Below are positions 33,201 through 39,291 of a stretch of DNA of 64,000 bases, in pieces. The notes under the pieces are model-generated. The model worked only from the letters and a program-made list of their open reading frames with translations, was not told the DNA's origin and ran no database searches. The DNA comes from a candidate division WOR-3 bacterium (GTDB taxonomy: Bacteria > Hydrothermota > 32-111). The first letter of the stretch is position 1. Each line of letters opens with the position of its first letter. The DNA is taken from NCBI GenBank assembly GCA_037481815.1, contig JBBFKX010000002.1, positions 288,001 to 352,000 on the forward strand, given 5' to 3'. Both the position numbers and the translations under genes were made by a program.

Positions 33201-33619
33201 GTCCAATCCCAATGAATCGGATAATTTTCTCCAATAATAAGAATATCGTTCTGAACTGGTTTTTTAATAAATATTTCAGGCCTTGATATTACAAAGAAAG
33301 TATCACTGACATCAAAGTCGTTTGGATCGGATGGATTTGAAATTCTTATTTTACATGTAAGTGATGGATTATTTGGAACGGTCCAGAGATAATCTCCATC
33401 GTTTTGTGTTGAACTGTATATCAGAACCCAGTTTGTACCACCATCAATTGAATACTCCAACCTTGCTGATGTTGCATTACCTGTGATATCCCAATGTATA
33501 GGCATCTGATTTCCGACTATATAATTTTCATTTCCATTTGGAGTTCTTAAATTAAAGGATGCGGAAAATATTGAAATTGAGAATAAAAATAAAAATATTA
33601 ATAGAAAAATTTTTCTCAT
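24218..33619 (-). CDS. Giant secreted surface protein with 32 tandem Ig-like repeats and a T9SS-type CTD
   Basis: Signal peptide; ~94-aa repeats (SPNGGE..I.W...V.IEYS.DxGxTW...GxYxWTVP...SD..F); C-terminal VEIFDLSGRSV...SQGIYFIKV. Confidence 0.9.
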   Translation of the reverse strand: MRKIFLLIFLFLFSISIFSASFNLRTPNGNENYIVGNQMPIHWDITGNATSARLEYSIDGGTNWVLIYSSTQNDGDYLWTVPNNPSLTCKIRISNPSDPNDFDVSDTFFVISRPEIFIKKPVQNDILIIGENYPIHWDWTGVFANVKLEYTTDGGTNWTVITSSTPNDGEYIWSVPNFPSNQCKIRVTNTTDPNSFAVTENTFTIANNSLTLITPNGGEQYITGKYYPIYWLWSGSFTSVKLEYSADSGNIWNSITTSTTNDGSHNWLIPSINPSSKCLLKITNVSNPAVYDISDYTFSILSTSLTLLTPNGGETFVAGTKANISWDWEGSIANVKLEYSSDGGVNWNSIITSTACDGSYLWTVPNISTTNLLIRITNVNDVNCYDISNSQSSIVTAQIDITYPNGGEQLIVGEKYPVNWNWSGSFANVKIEYSTNNGSSWSTIDASDPNDGSFVWTVPLTPSSQCLLKISDAANSSVFDISNFSFTIKRPEIKILKINGNDTLIASNKYPIVWQTEGTISNVNIEYSTNNGATWNTIVTSTPNDGSYVWTVPSTTSSSYLLKITNSSDVTSYDISDTTFVVKSPQINLLSPNGGEAYKTGEKYPILWNSDSDFSSVNIDYSSDGGTTWNSIISSETNDGSYIWNIPSTLTPSTNYKVRVRNSSDNNSFDISDNTFTISSPSIKIISPDSGVSFLSGEKVSINYTYDTYFPNIKIEYSSDNGLTWNVITNSDSNTGTYIWTIPNLNSNDCFIKVLNLSDTLNSFAVSKKFSISKPTITVKSPKSNDSLLVGNVYQIEWINNGEISNVKIEYSTDNGSTWNVIVSSTVNEGSYFWTTPSTISSNVLIKVSDVSDPSNYAVSSQFSIIPAQITLVSPNGGETIIAGEYFPIEWNWIGSFSYVKLEYSTDGGSTWNKIINSDTLNDGSFIWAVPSTAVSSNVLFRVSNNQDPINTFDVSNGVFSVVSPSLTIVSPNGGESLVGGEIYPIRWRSQGTFANVMIEYSTDGINWISIDPSDPNDGVFNWTVPSVVSSNVKVRITSTTDGNTQDISDNNFSIVSPTLTILSPNGGESFISGNILPIHWKNNGNVSNVKIEYSTNNGNTWNTIISSTTNNGYYRWSIPSLVVSDSIKLKVTSTTDSLTKDVSDGLISIKRPTIKVLTPNGFENLTVGEYTPIHWENDGQFSNVKIEYSTDGGTIWKTISSSETNDGNYIWKVPNDVSNNCIVRITNTSDNLSYDISDNKFSILKPTVSIFNPDSAAVLIVGNKYPIYWNWTGTVDSVIIELYYKVSGIVQSTFISTATMNTGSFIFTVPNYVSDSCWIKVTSTANDSVYSLSKVFSIVRPIYDIVQPNGGESFYRGEKLEINWDWIGGPDSVSLFYSFDGGINYNSLTTVKNTGSYLWRMPSYPFNTYKFKVMSNKDNYAYDESDNNFSANYPVLNIDQPDSSDTIYYNNYFPIYLSNRGFLNDSIIIQINSNKKGIINLGSFLINDVFFFKDTFTDSLSDTIEILVLDKTTGDTFDISDKITVLPYSTIDKIIFPNQNDTMYVDEFYYIVWNMDSIYSNYSVELLYSTDGVNYLQYGERISNQNYLLFKIPHNASSNNFNIKLEFYDSSDSLRKTLEKNNLVVKKSILEVVYPDNTDTLYVGRAHNIIWRTIKGQPGSVQIYYNTDGITWKEVKSQVPDTGSYLWTIPNEPTSNALIRIEEYGDNQVTAYSQSFVIKPQEIFITSPLTNDTFIAGRDYHISWYNLGGVDSVNIYYSIDGGSNWTFVTKQGNSNSYKWTVPNYSSDKALVKVEFTRNSNVFDVSDTFTIIPQNILVTYPDISTVWYAGNKYYITWDYTGNFSNVKITYSLDNGKNWNVITNSTTNSQSYLWTLPQNYSDSVLIKVANVDDTTKYDLSSLFKIIPQEITVKYPFSTESLISGKQYNITWTYKGLYDSSIVEYSTNNGTTWNTLGKTLSSNRYYLWTTPNVKSDSTLIRIVNKDNTSILGVSELFTISDKIITITSPKLNDEYIVGEKALITFDFLGSSNDSVIVSYSTDGGTIWTQIDTIPSSTQYLEWTVPNVISSNCYIRITCLRLTSSTATSERFSIIPQTINVTSPISGSEWVAGRKYYITWNYTGSFSNVDLEYSTNGGSTWQTITTTTNSKYYLWTLPNISSSNSLVRVKNSSNTSVFGVSPIFTMKYPSVTVVSPKLSDTLLCGKNYYITWYSNMGSGDSVVISYSKNGGTTYTIIDTISATQKYFKWKVPEVGATNCLIKVTGYESPVIEGYSNQFVMKEQSINITYPNINDTILSLSPFYLTWDYTGGIDTLVGEYSLDNGSNWTTFANSIVASNQNYLFNPFPISNSLQTLIRLKNKANVLVQDVSNQFVTVYPVINITSFKPNSSFIVGSKIFITWKNDGLIDKVNIYYSTDNGASWNSIVSSYTNSGYYEWTVPNYISDSCFVKVSYSSLENVYDVSERFSIIPQTIVLFSPSLNDSLMVSKTYPITWYNTGTVDNVMLEYSLDGGSIWNTITGSTVNNKYYEWTLPTTLSSTSNGLIRIRNVGNLNVFDLSDNFRIIPQKLEITYPTLNSQFFVSRKYIITWKTFGTVSTVNLYYSLDNGANWISLASNLTNNGYYEWTVPDVNSNLVLIRVTNSNNESIYDDSEVFSIVPQLVLVNSPISTDRWIVGRKYFVTWTNIGTVSKVRIEYSYNDGASWNMVVDNLSNTNSYEWTIPNTPSENCFVKVSNYDNTSVYGTSSKFAIPLQTIEVLSPKSTDDYVSGNKYFITWKYTGTISNVDIQYSKDNGATWIYVATGVANNGYYEWTVPTEDSDNCLIKVLNSSNNNVYGVSERFTILPQNIMVTSPSSSDTMIAGRKYYITWRNSGAFTNCDIFYSTDLGLQWRSIASGVSNTGYYEWTIPDIAVSDMALIKISNSSQSTIYGISDTFVISKPIVKFTSPVLGNVFETTKKYYFTWTTLGTILQYNLEISYDKGVSWIQIIANQNNSGNYEWTVPSGMYSDSCMLKLTSSSNSSIYYYSDLFSIVSYSNIDNMSVLKNKNIKYFNLKMNNSINEKILFMEIPEDCYTRVEIFDLSGRSVGKVYDGKINSGVHRFELENYITSQGIYFIKVLSNKNGKIVYEKNIKILNLR
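24530..33560 (-). repeat. Protein-level tandem array of 32 units (~280 nt each), diverged at DNA level
   Basis: Units delimited by hand from the translation; units 16-17 are degenerate. Confidence 0.85.
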
Positions 33620-33641
33620 TGAGACCTCCTCTTAGAAAATA

Positions 33642-33670
33642 ATTTTATCTTTCAAATCAATAACAGTCAA
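33642..33670 (-). promoter_or_regulatory. Sigma70-type promoter of the giant repeat protein operon
   Basis: TTGACT-N17-TAAAAT; SD AGGAGG. Confidence 0.7.
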
Positions 33671-34134
33671 GAGATTTCAACAAACTCTGTTGTCACAGGT
33701 TTTGGACTCTTTACAGATAAAAAGATTGCAACTTCATCAGAAATATTTTCAAAGTTATGAACAACCCCCTTTGAAGCATAAGCCATATCCCCCTGTTGCA
33801 ACACCTGAAATTTTCCATCAATGTAAAACTTAATTTTTCCTCTTAAAACAAAAAACAGCTCATCGTTTCCAGGGTGTTTATGCAATGGAACTTTTGAACC
33901 AACAGGCATGTTGTATATGAAGGGAGACAATATTTCTAAACTGTCAAAGAAAGGATTAATCTCTATTTTATCAGAATAAGATACCTTCTCACCATAAAAC
34001 ATAAATATTCTTGTTAGATCTTCTTTTTCTATCTCAACGAATTTCTCTTTTGGAGATTTACAGTTTGGACAAAAATCAGGAGGATTATTACCTTTATGGA
34101 TATAACCACAAACCGAACATTTAAAAATTTTCAT
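33667..34134 (-). CDS. Rubredoxin-like plus cupin fusion protein
   Basis: CSVCGYIH...PPDFCPNC; cupin PLHKHPGNDELFFVLRG...GVVHNFEN. Confidence 0.85.
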   Translation of the reverse strand: MKIFKCSVCGYIHKGNNPPDFCPNCKSPKEKFVEIEKEDLTRIFMFYGEKVSYSDKIEINPFFDSLEILSPFIYNMPVGSKVPLHKHPGNDELFFVLRGKIKFYIDGKFQVLQQGDMAYASKGVVHNFENISDEVAIFLSVKSPKPVTTEFVEIS

Positions 34135-34146
34135 AAACACTCCTTT

Positions 34147-34518
34147 TTAGAAAATTGATAGACTACTCAATGGTACAAAATAAGCAAAAAGAGCCCCAAG
34201 AACAATACCTGTTAAACACCCTAAACACGCTTCAGGTGGCATACCCTCTAACTCGTTCATAAGGTCTGATGCACCACCTATAACATATATTACTCCCATT
34301 AACCCAAGACCTATACATACTGCTGTGACACACCATGATGGTGGTTCTGAATTTTGATCAAAAGCTGTCACACTTTGATTTAATACAAATCCACCAGATA
34401 TGAGTGAACTTAACACTTTTTGTCTATGAGATATTTTTCTTGTTTTGAAAACAACATCTCCAAAACAGATGTTAACAATCAAAACAAATATTAACAAAAT
34501 GGAAACTATCTTTTTCAT
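34147..34518 (-). CDS. Small exported/membrane protein with two Cys/Gly-rich hydrophobic helices
   Basis: SD GGGGAG; signal peptide; WCVTAVCIGLGLMG and ACLGCLTGIVLG. Confidence 0.7.
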   Translation of the reverse strand: MKKIVSILLIFVLIVNICFGDVVFKTRKISHRQKVLSSLISGGFVLNQSVTAFDQNSEPPSWCVTAVCIGLGLMGVIYVIGGASDLMNELEGMPPEACLGCLTGIVLGALFAYFVPLSSLSIF

Positions 34519-34530
34519 AAAGAACTCCCC

Positions 34531-34767
34531 TCAAATCTGAAATGCGTATACTATCATAGCCCCCACAACAAACCCGGCAATACAGGAGAGAGTCAAACAT
34601 TCGATTCCACCTTCATCCTGCATTTTTGAAAATGCATTTGTATAATGTTTATTAAAATTGTCGCTCTGATTCAAGGATTCAAAATCTGGTAATAAAGATT
34701 TTAAACTAGAAAGAAAACCTGAAAAAAGGATGAAAAATAAAAGAGAATAAATTATAACAGTTTTCAT
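34531..34767 (-). CDS. Small exported/membrane protein with a Cys/Gly-rich C-terminal helix
   Basis: SD AAGGAGG; signal-like N-terminus; ECLTLSCIAGFVVG. Confidence 0.7.
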   Translation of the reverse strand: MKTVIIYSLLFFILFSGFLSSLKSLLPDFESLNQSDNFNKHYTNAFSKMQDEGGIECLTLSCIAGFVVGAMIVYAFQI

Positions 34768-36041
34768 TTTTCCTCCTTAATTTTTTCTTTTAAATATTTG
34801 AATACAACATAATTTCCTTTTTCATTGATATGTGTATTATTTTTTCTGTAAAGTTCTTCTCCTTTTTCATAACATATTTTAAAAGTATCAACAAGTGAGA
34901 AAAATTTTAAATCATATTTTTTTAATATTCTCTCAATTTTTCGATCAGCAAAATCCCATTCTTTGAATTGCACAGAAGCGTTTTCCATCAAATCCTTTTG
35001 AAGAGTTTTGTCAACGGCGAACTGATCTGGAATTATCAAAAAATAAACTTTCTTTTTTCTCTCTTTGAAAAATCTTGTAATAGATTCAATATTTTTTTCA
35101 AAAAATCTCCACTCTTTATCATAAGAATTTTCAATCAAAATTTTTGACCTTCGATTTTCGATGTTAATAAAATTTTCTTCTGATAGATCCCCAGATACAT
35201 TTTTTAATTGTAAAAATGAGAGAAAATTTTTAATCAGGTTTACACTTTTTAAATTATTTATCGAATAATTGTTTTCAGGATAGTAAATCTCTGTGATATC
35301 ATTACCTGAAAATATCATAATGAAAGTCATATCCGAAGATGTTTTATCAAAATAATTAACAAGAATTTCATAGTAATCTTTCGGCGAATTACCAGGTTGA
35401 GAAAGGTTTATAACTTCATATCCGAGAGAATCCTCAAACATTTTTATAAAATTGTTCTTATAGTCCACAACTCCAACTCCAAAAGAATCTCCAATAAAAA
35501 GAATTCTTTGTTTTGTTTTTGGTTTATCAAATTCTGTTCCCAAAAAGCCATATCTGTTGACTTTTTCATTGTTGAAATAGGTGTTTGGTTTGAGTTTCAT
35601 AATTTCATCTTTTCTTTTTAAAATATCTATTGGTTTAAAAACATAAAAAATGTTTAAAATTATTTCAAGTGAAAAAAATAGTACAACGAAATTGATATAA
35701 ACAATTTCTAGATTTTCTTGTATTTTTAAACTCTTAAAATATCTTTTAAAAAAATAGATCGTTAAATAAAAAAATCTGTTAAAAGTTATTATGAGGATTT
35801 CAGGGAAGAGGTGTGTTCTAAAAAATATTGAAGTGATAAAAAATGATAATGGAAATGAAAATAAAAAAATTTTGAAATCGAGATGAAAAAAGAGAATAAC
35901 AATAGAAGATATGTAAAATCCGATTATGGTATAGAGATAAGGTAAAAAATATTTTTTTTCAAAAAATATGGTGACAAGAATTATTGTAACAAGAATATAA
36001 ATTTTAAAAATTTTTTCAAATATTTTTGACCTGTTCCTCAC
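34764..36041 (-). CDS. Membrane-anchored SGNH/GDSL hydrolase-like protein (GTG start)
   Basis: N-terminal TM helices; blocks FIGDSF, NLSQPG, SGND, NTHINEKG. Confidence 0.8.
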   Translation of the reverse strand: MRNRSKIFEKIFKIYILVTIILVTIFFEKKYFLPYLYTIIGFYISSIVILFFHLDFKIFLFSFPLSFFITSIFFRTHLFPEILIITFNRFFYLTIYFFKRYFKSLKIQENLEIVYINFVVLFFSLEIILNIFYVFKPIDILKRKDEIMKLKPNTYFNNEKVNRYGFLGTEFDKPKTKQRILFIGDSFGVGVVDYKNNFIKMFEDSLGYEVINLSQPGNSPKDYYEILVNYFDKTSSDMTFIMIFSGNDITEIYYPENNYSINNLKSVNLIKNFLSFLQLKNVSGDLSEENFINIENRRSKILIENSYDKEWRFFEKNIESITRFFKERKKKVYFLIIPDQFAVDKTLQKDLMENASVQFKEWDFADRKIERILKKYDLKFFSLVDTFKICYEKGEELYRKNNTHINEKGNYVVFKYLKEKIKEEK

Positions 36042-36047
36042 AAAAAA

Positions 36048-36076
36048 ATTTTATAAAAAAAATCAAAAAATGTCAA
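36048..36076 (-). promoter_or_regulatory. Sigma70-type promoter, probably leaderless
   Basis: TTGACA-N17-TAAAAT, then 6 nt to GTG 36041. Confidence 0.65.
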
Positions 36077-37338
36077 TCTACCAATTCGTTTAATCTCTTA
36101 ACAGCACAAAAATCGCCACACATTGAACAGACATTACTATCTTCAACTTTGGATTTTTTTCTATATTCTTTAAATTTTTTTTCATCTATTGAAAATTTTG
36201 ACATCTTTTCCCAATCGAGTTTTTTTCTTGCTTTTGACATTTGAGTATTTATTTCAAGAGCATACCTTCTACCAAGGGCAAGATCAGCAGAAAATGCCGC
36301 AATTTTTGACGCAATAACACCTTCTTTAACATCTTCAACATCAGGAAGTTTTAAATGTTCTGCGGGAGTAACATAACATAAGAAATCAGCCCCAAAATAT
36401 GCCGCAAGAGTTCCTCCTATAGCACCTGCAATATGGTCATACCCTGCTGAAATATCATTTACAAGAGGCCCAAGGACATAAAATGGTGCGTTATGTGTAA
36501 CTCTTTTCATTATCTCAATATTTGGTTGTATGTGTTGTAAATATAGGTGTCCTGGCCCTTCAACCATAACTTGAACCTTTTTCTCTCTTGCTCTATCAAC
36601 AAGTTCTCCCAAAATCAAAAGTTCTTCTATCTGCCCCCTATCTGTACCATCCTCGCATGCTCCAGGTCTTAAACCATCACCAAGTGATATTGTAACATTG
36701 TATTCTTTCAAAATATCAAGGATTTCATCATAATATTGATAAAGTGGTGATTCCTTCTTGTTATGTTTCATCCAAGCAATTAAAAATGAACCTCCCCTCG
36801 AAACCACATCCATTATTCTTTTCTCTTTAAAAATTTTATCCATAGAAGATAGGGTAACTCCAGAATGTATAGTCATGAAGTCAACACCATCCTTTGCTTG
36901 TTCTTCAACAGTTTTCAAAAAATCATCTATTTTCATTTCAACTATATCCTTTTTTTTCAAAGAAAGTTCAAATCCAGTTTCGTATATTGGCACAGTTCCA
37001 ACCATAACAGGGCAGAGTTCAAGAATTTTTTTTCTGATAATCTTAATCTTATTCCCCAACGATAGATCCATTACCGAATGAGCACCATACTCAACAGCGA
37101 TTTTCATCTTTTTAATTTCTTCCTCTACATTTATATGCATAGGAGAGGAACCTATATTTGCATTTATTTTTTTTGACAGACCTTTTCCGATGGCATAATA
37201 ATTTTTCTTTTTTCTTCTTATATTATCAGGTAATACAATTGTTCCATTCTTTATTCCTTCAATTATTACAGATTCATCTACTGCATCATTCTTTGCTGCA
37301 TTTTTTATCGCTTCTTTGTGAAACACAATATCTTTCAT
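36073..37338 (-). CDS. thiC: Phosphomethylpyrimidine synthase
   Basis: KINANIG, GTVPIY, VDFMTIH, SRGGS, SLGDGLRPG, EGPGH, YVTPAEH, CSMCGDFC. Confidence 0.95.
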   Translation of the reverse strand: MKDIVFHKEAIKNAAKNDAVDESVIIEGIKNGTIVLPDNIRRKKKNYYAIGKGLSKKINANIGSSPMHINVEEEIKKMKIAVEYGAHSVMDLSLGNKIKIIRKKILELCPVMVGTVPIYETGFELSLKKKDIVEMKIDDFLKTVEEQAKDGVDFMTIHSGVTLSSMDKIFKEKRIMDVVSRGGSFLIAWMKHNKKESPLYQYYDEILDILKEYNVTISLGDGLRPGACEDGTDRGQIEELLILGELVDRAREKKVQVMVEGPGHLYLQHIQPNIEIMKRVTHNAPFYVLGPLVNDISAGYDHIAGAIGGTLAAYFGADFLCYVTPAEHLKLPDVEDVKEGVIASKIAAFSADLALGRRYALEINTQMSKARKKLDWEKMSKFSIDEKKFKEYRKKSKVEDSNVCSMCGDFCAVKRLNELVD

Positions 37339-38350
37339 AATAACTCCTTTCAATATCCAAAAACTCTTTTATTCTTTTAGATGGATTATCACTTTCATTT
37401 ATATATGAAAGAACAGCAAAATTTTTGAAACCAAGATTCAAAATTTCAATAAGATTGTGCGGTTTTATCCCACCAATCCCTACAGATGGAAGGTTAGAAA
37501 CTCCCAACATTTTCTTTGCCTTATCTAATCCTAAAACTTTATCCTTAATAAGTTTTGAATTTGTTGGATAAATTGGCCCAACTCCAACATAATCAGGATT
37601 TTCTTTTAGACCATTTTTTAGTTGAGACAGATTGTGCGTTGATTTTCCAACGATAATATATTCAGAAAATCTTCTGACATCTTTAACAGAAATATCGGTT
37701 TGACCCACATGGACTCCATCAGCATCTGAAAGTATTGTGATATCAACTCTATCATCAACTATGAACAAGGTTTCACTTCCTTTTGTTATGTTTCTGATAT
37801 TTTTTGCTATGTTTAGAATCTTTTTATCAGAAAGTTTTTTATCTCTGAGTTGTATAACTTTGATTCTGTTTTTTACGGCTATTTCACTTAACTTTTCATA
37901 GCCAACTACAGGATCAGTCATGATAAGATACAAACCAACATTTTGAGGAAAAACTTTTTTTAACAAAACTTTTACAATATCTTTTTCAATCATATAAAGG
38001 TTAAATCTTATTTCTTTAAATTCTTTTGAAATTTTTGAATCTTTGATTTTAAAAATCTCTTCAAGAACTCTTGATGATTCCTGACATCTTCCGATTGAGG
38101 CCCTTATGATATCTCCAAAATTTTTTCTCTCATTTTTGTCATACTCATAAATCTTTCCTGGATCAGTTTCTGTATCACGTTTAAAAATAGTGCCGGCAGA
38201 TATTTTTTTTCTTAAAATGTATAACTTTTCCCTTTGTTTTCTTATTCTTATCAAAAGATTTTCATCTCTTCTTTCAAACCTAACAAAATCCTCTACCAGC
38301 CTTAAACCTTCAGACAACCTGTTTAAATTAACATCTATTATTCTTTCCGT
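37286..38350 (-). CDS. thiE: Thiamine-phosphate synthase with N-terminal ThiD2-type domain; apparent ACG start
   Basis: RIIDVNLNRLSEGLRLVED upstream of and spanning the track's TTG; RDTETDPG; QLRDK, DDRVD, ADGVHVGQTD, GKSTH, GPIYPTNSK. Confidence 0.88.
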   Translation of the reverse strand, partial: TERIIDVNLNRLSEGLRLVEDFVRFERRDENLLIRIRKQREKLYILRKKISAGTIFKRDTETDPGKIYEYDKNERKNFGDIIRASIGRCQESSRVLEEIFKIKDSKISKEFKEIRFNLYMIEKDIVKVLLKKVFPQNVGLYLIMTDPVVGYEKLSEIAVKNRIKVIQLRDKKLSDKKILNIAKNIRNITKGSETLFIVDDRVDITILSDADGVHVGQTDISVKDVRRFSEYIIVGKSTHNLSQLKNGLKENPDYVGVGPIYPTNSKLIKDKVLGLDKAKKMLGVSNLPSVGIGGIKPHNLIEILNLGFKNFAVLSYINESDNPSKRIKEFLDIERSYYERYCVSQRSDKKCSKE

Positions 38351-39120
38351 AATTCCTCCTTTATCAACTTATAAGATTTATATCCCGAAAGCAACATTCC
38401 ACCAAAAATTGGTCCCATTCTGAAACCACCAAACACACCGTTAGCAGCCATTCCTGAAACAAAAAAGTTTTTGTAAACTTCTCTTGTATTTTCAACTGTT
38501 TCCCTTTCTCCAAGTTCTGCATTCATAGGTTTTTCACCTTCAATTTTTCCCGATGGAGTGTTGAGTTTTACGTTTGCTTTTTTTACCAGTACAGATGTCA
38601 ATTCCGCAGGATGTCCTGTTGCATCTATGACTTTTTTTGAGATAACAGTCAGAGGATCAACATGCAAAGACATATACTCAACAGGTGTCCAGTTGATCAC
38701 AATTCCACAAACAGCATTATCTTTCAAAACAACATCAACAACTTTTATAAGATTAAATATTTTCAACCCAACTCTTGAACTGTTGTATATCAGTGATGAT
38801 GTTGTTTGAACAGAATCAAGCACAAAATATCCTTCAGATTCTTCTTTTAGTTCTACATTAAACTCTTTAAGTATTTCCACAGCATCTTTTTGAACAACAA
38901 TGCTGTTAAACATCATTCCTCCTCCCCACATTCCTCCACCAGGAGCAAGTTTTGTTTCAAACAGTGCAACTTTAAAACCATCCTTTGCAAGATAGTAGCC
39001 AGCAACAAGACCAGAGGGTCCTCCACCAACGATAGCAACATCAAGATTCAAATTTTCTTTCAGTTTTTCAAAATAGTTTTTCACAATCAGTTCACTTATC
39101 TTTTGATCCTGTAGTATCAT
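38338..39120 (-). CDS. thi4: Sulfide-dependent (non-Cys) Thi4 thiazole synthase
   Basis: GGGPSGL, PGGGMWGGG, LHVDP, DATGH, RMGPIFGGMLLSG. Confidence 0.93.
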   Translation of the reverse strand: MILQDQKISELIVKNYFEKLKENLNLDVAIVGGGPSGLVAGYYLAKDGFKVALFETKLAPGGGMWGGGMMFNSIVVQKDAVEILKEFNVELKEESEGYFVLDSVQTTSSLIYNSSRVGLKIFNLIKVVDVVLKDNAVCGIVINWTPVEYMSLHVDPLTVISKKVIDATGHPAELTSVLVKKANVKLNTPSGKIEGEKPMNAELGERETVENTREVYKNFFVSGMAANGVFGGFRMGPIFGGMLLSGYKSYKLIKEELRKE

Positions 39121-39134
39121 AAAAACCTCCTAAA

Positions 39135-39161
39135 ATAAAAAAATCAGGTTTTGAACCTGAT
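39135..39161 (-). terminator. Riboswitch expression-platform intrinsic terminator
   Basis: ATCAGGTT-CAA-AACCTGAT followed by a U tract; its 5' arm can instead pair with TTTGAACCTGAT in the aptamer. Confidence 0.8.
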
Positions 39162-39164
39162 CTT

Positions 39165-39258
39165 TCTGATTTCCCTACGGCAGCATTACCTGCATCAGGT
39201 TCAAAGGGTCAACGGTCACACCGTTTTCTCAGCCGCTTACAGCAGCTCCCCTAAAATA
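39165..39258 (-). ncRNA. TPP (THI-box) riboswitch
   Basis: AGGGGAGC...GCTGAGA...GACCCTTTGAACCTGATGCAGGTAATGCTGCCGTAGGGAA upstream of thi4. Confidence 0.96.
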
Positions 39259-39259
39259 G

Positions 39260-39288
39260 AATTTAACACTTAAAATTTTAAAAGTCAA
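39260..39288 (-). promoter_or_regulatory. Sigma70-type promoter of the thi operon
   Basis: TTGACT-N17-TAAATT just upstream of the aptamer. Confidence 0.55.
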
Positions 39289-39291
39289 CTA

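Noticed and set aside
24218..33619. Repeats as CRISPR, DGR or shufflon substrate
   Set aside because: Similarity is at protein level; no identical DNA repeats, reverse transcriptase or recombinase seen
34810..34850. SGNH block V reads NTH rather than DxH
   Set aside because: Ser and His are retained and this position is variable, so not enough to call it inactive
36073..37338. BzaA/B/F cobalamin lower-ligand paralog instead of ThiC
   Set aside because: Located with thi4 and thiE under a TPP riboswitch
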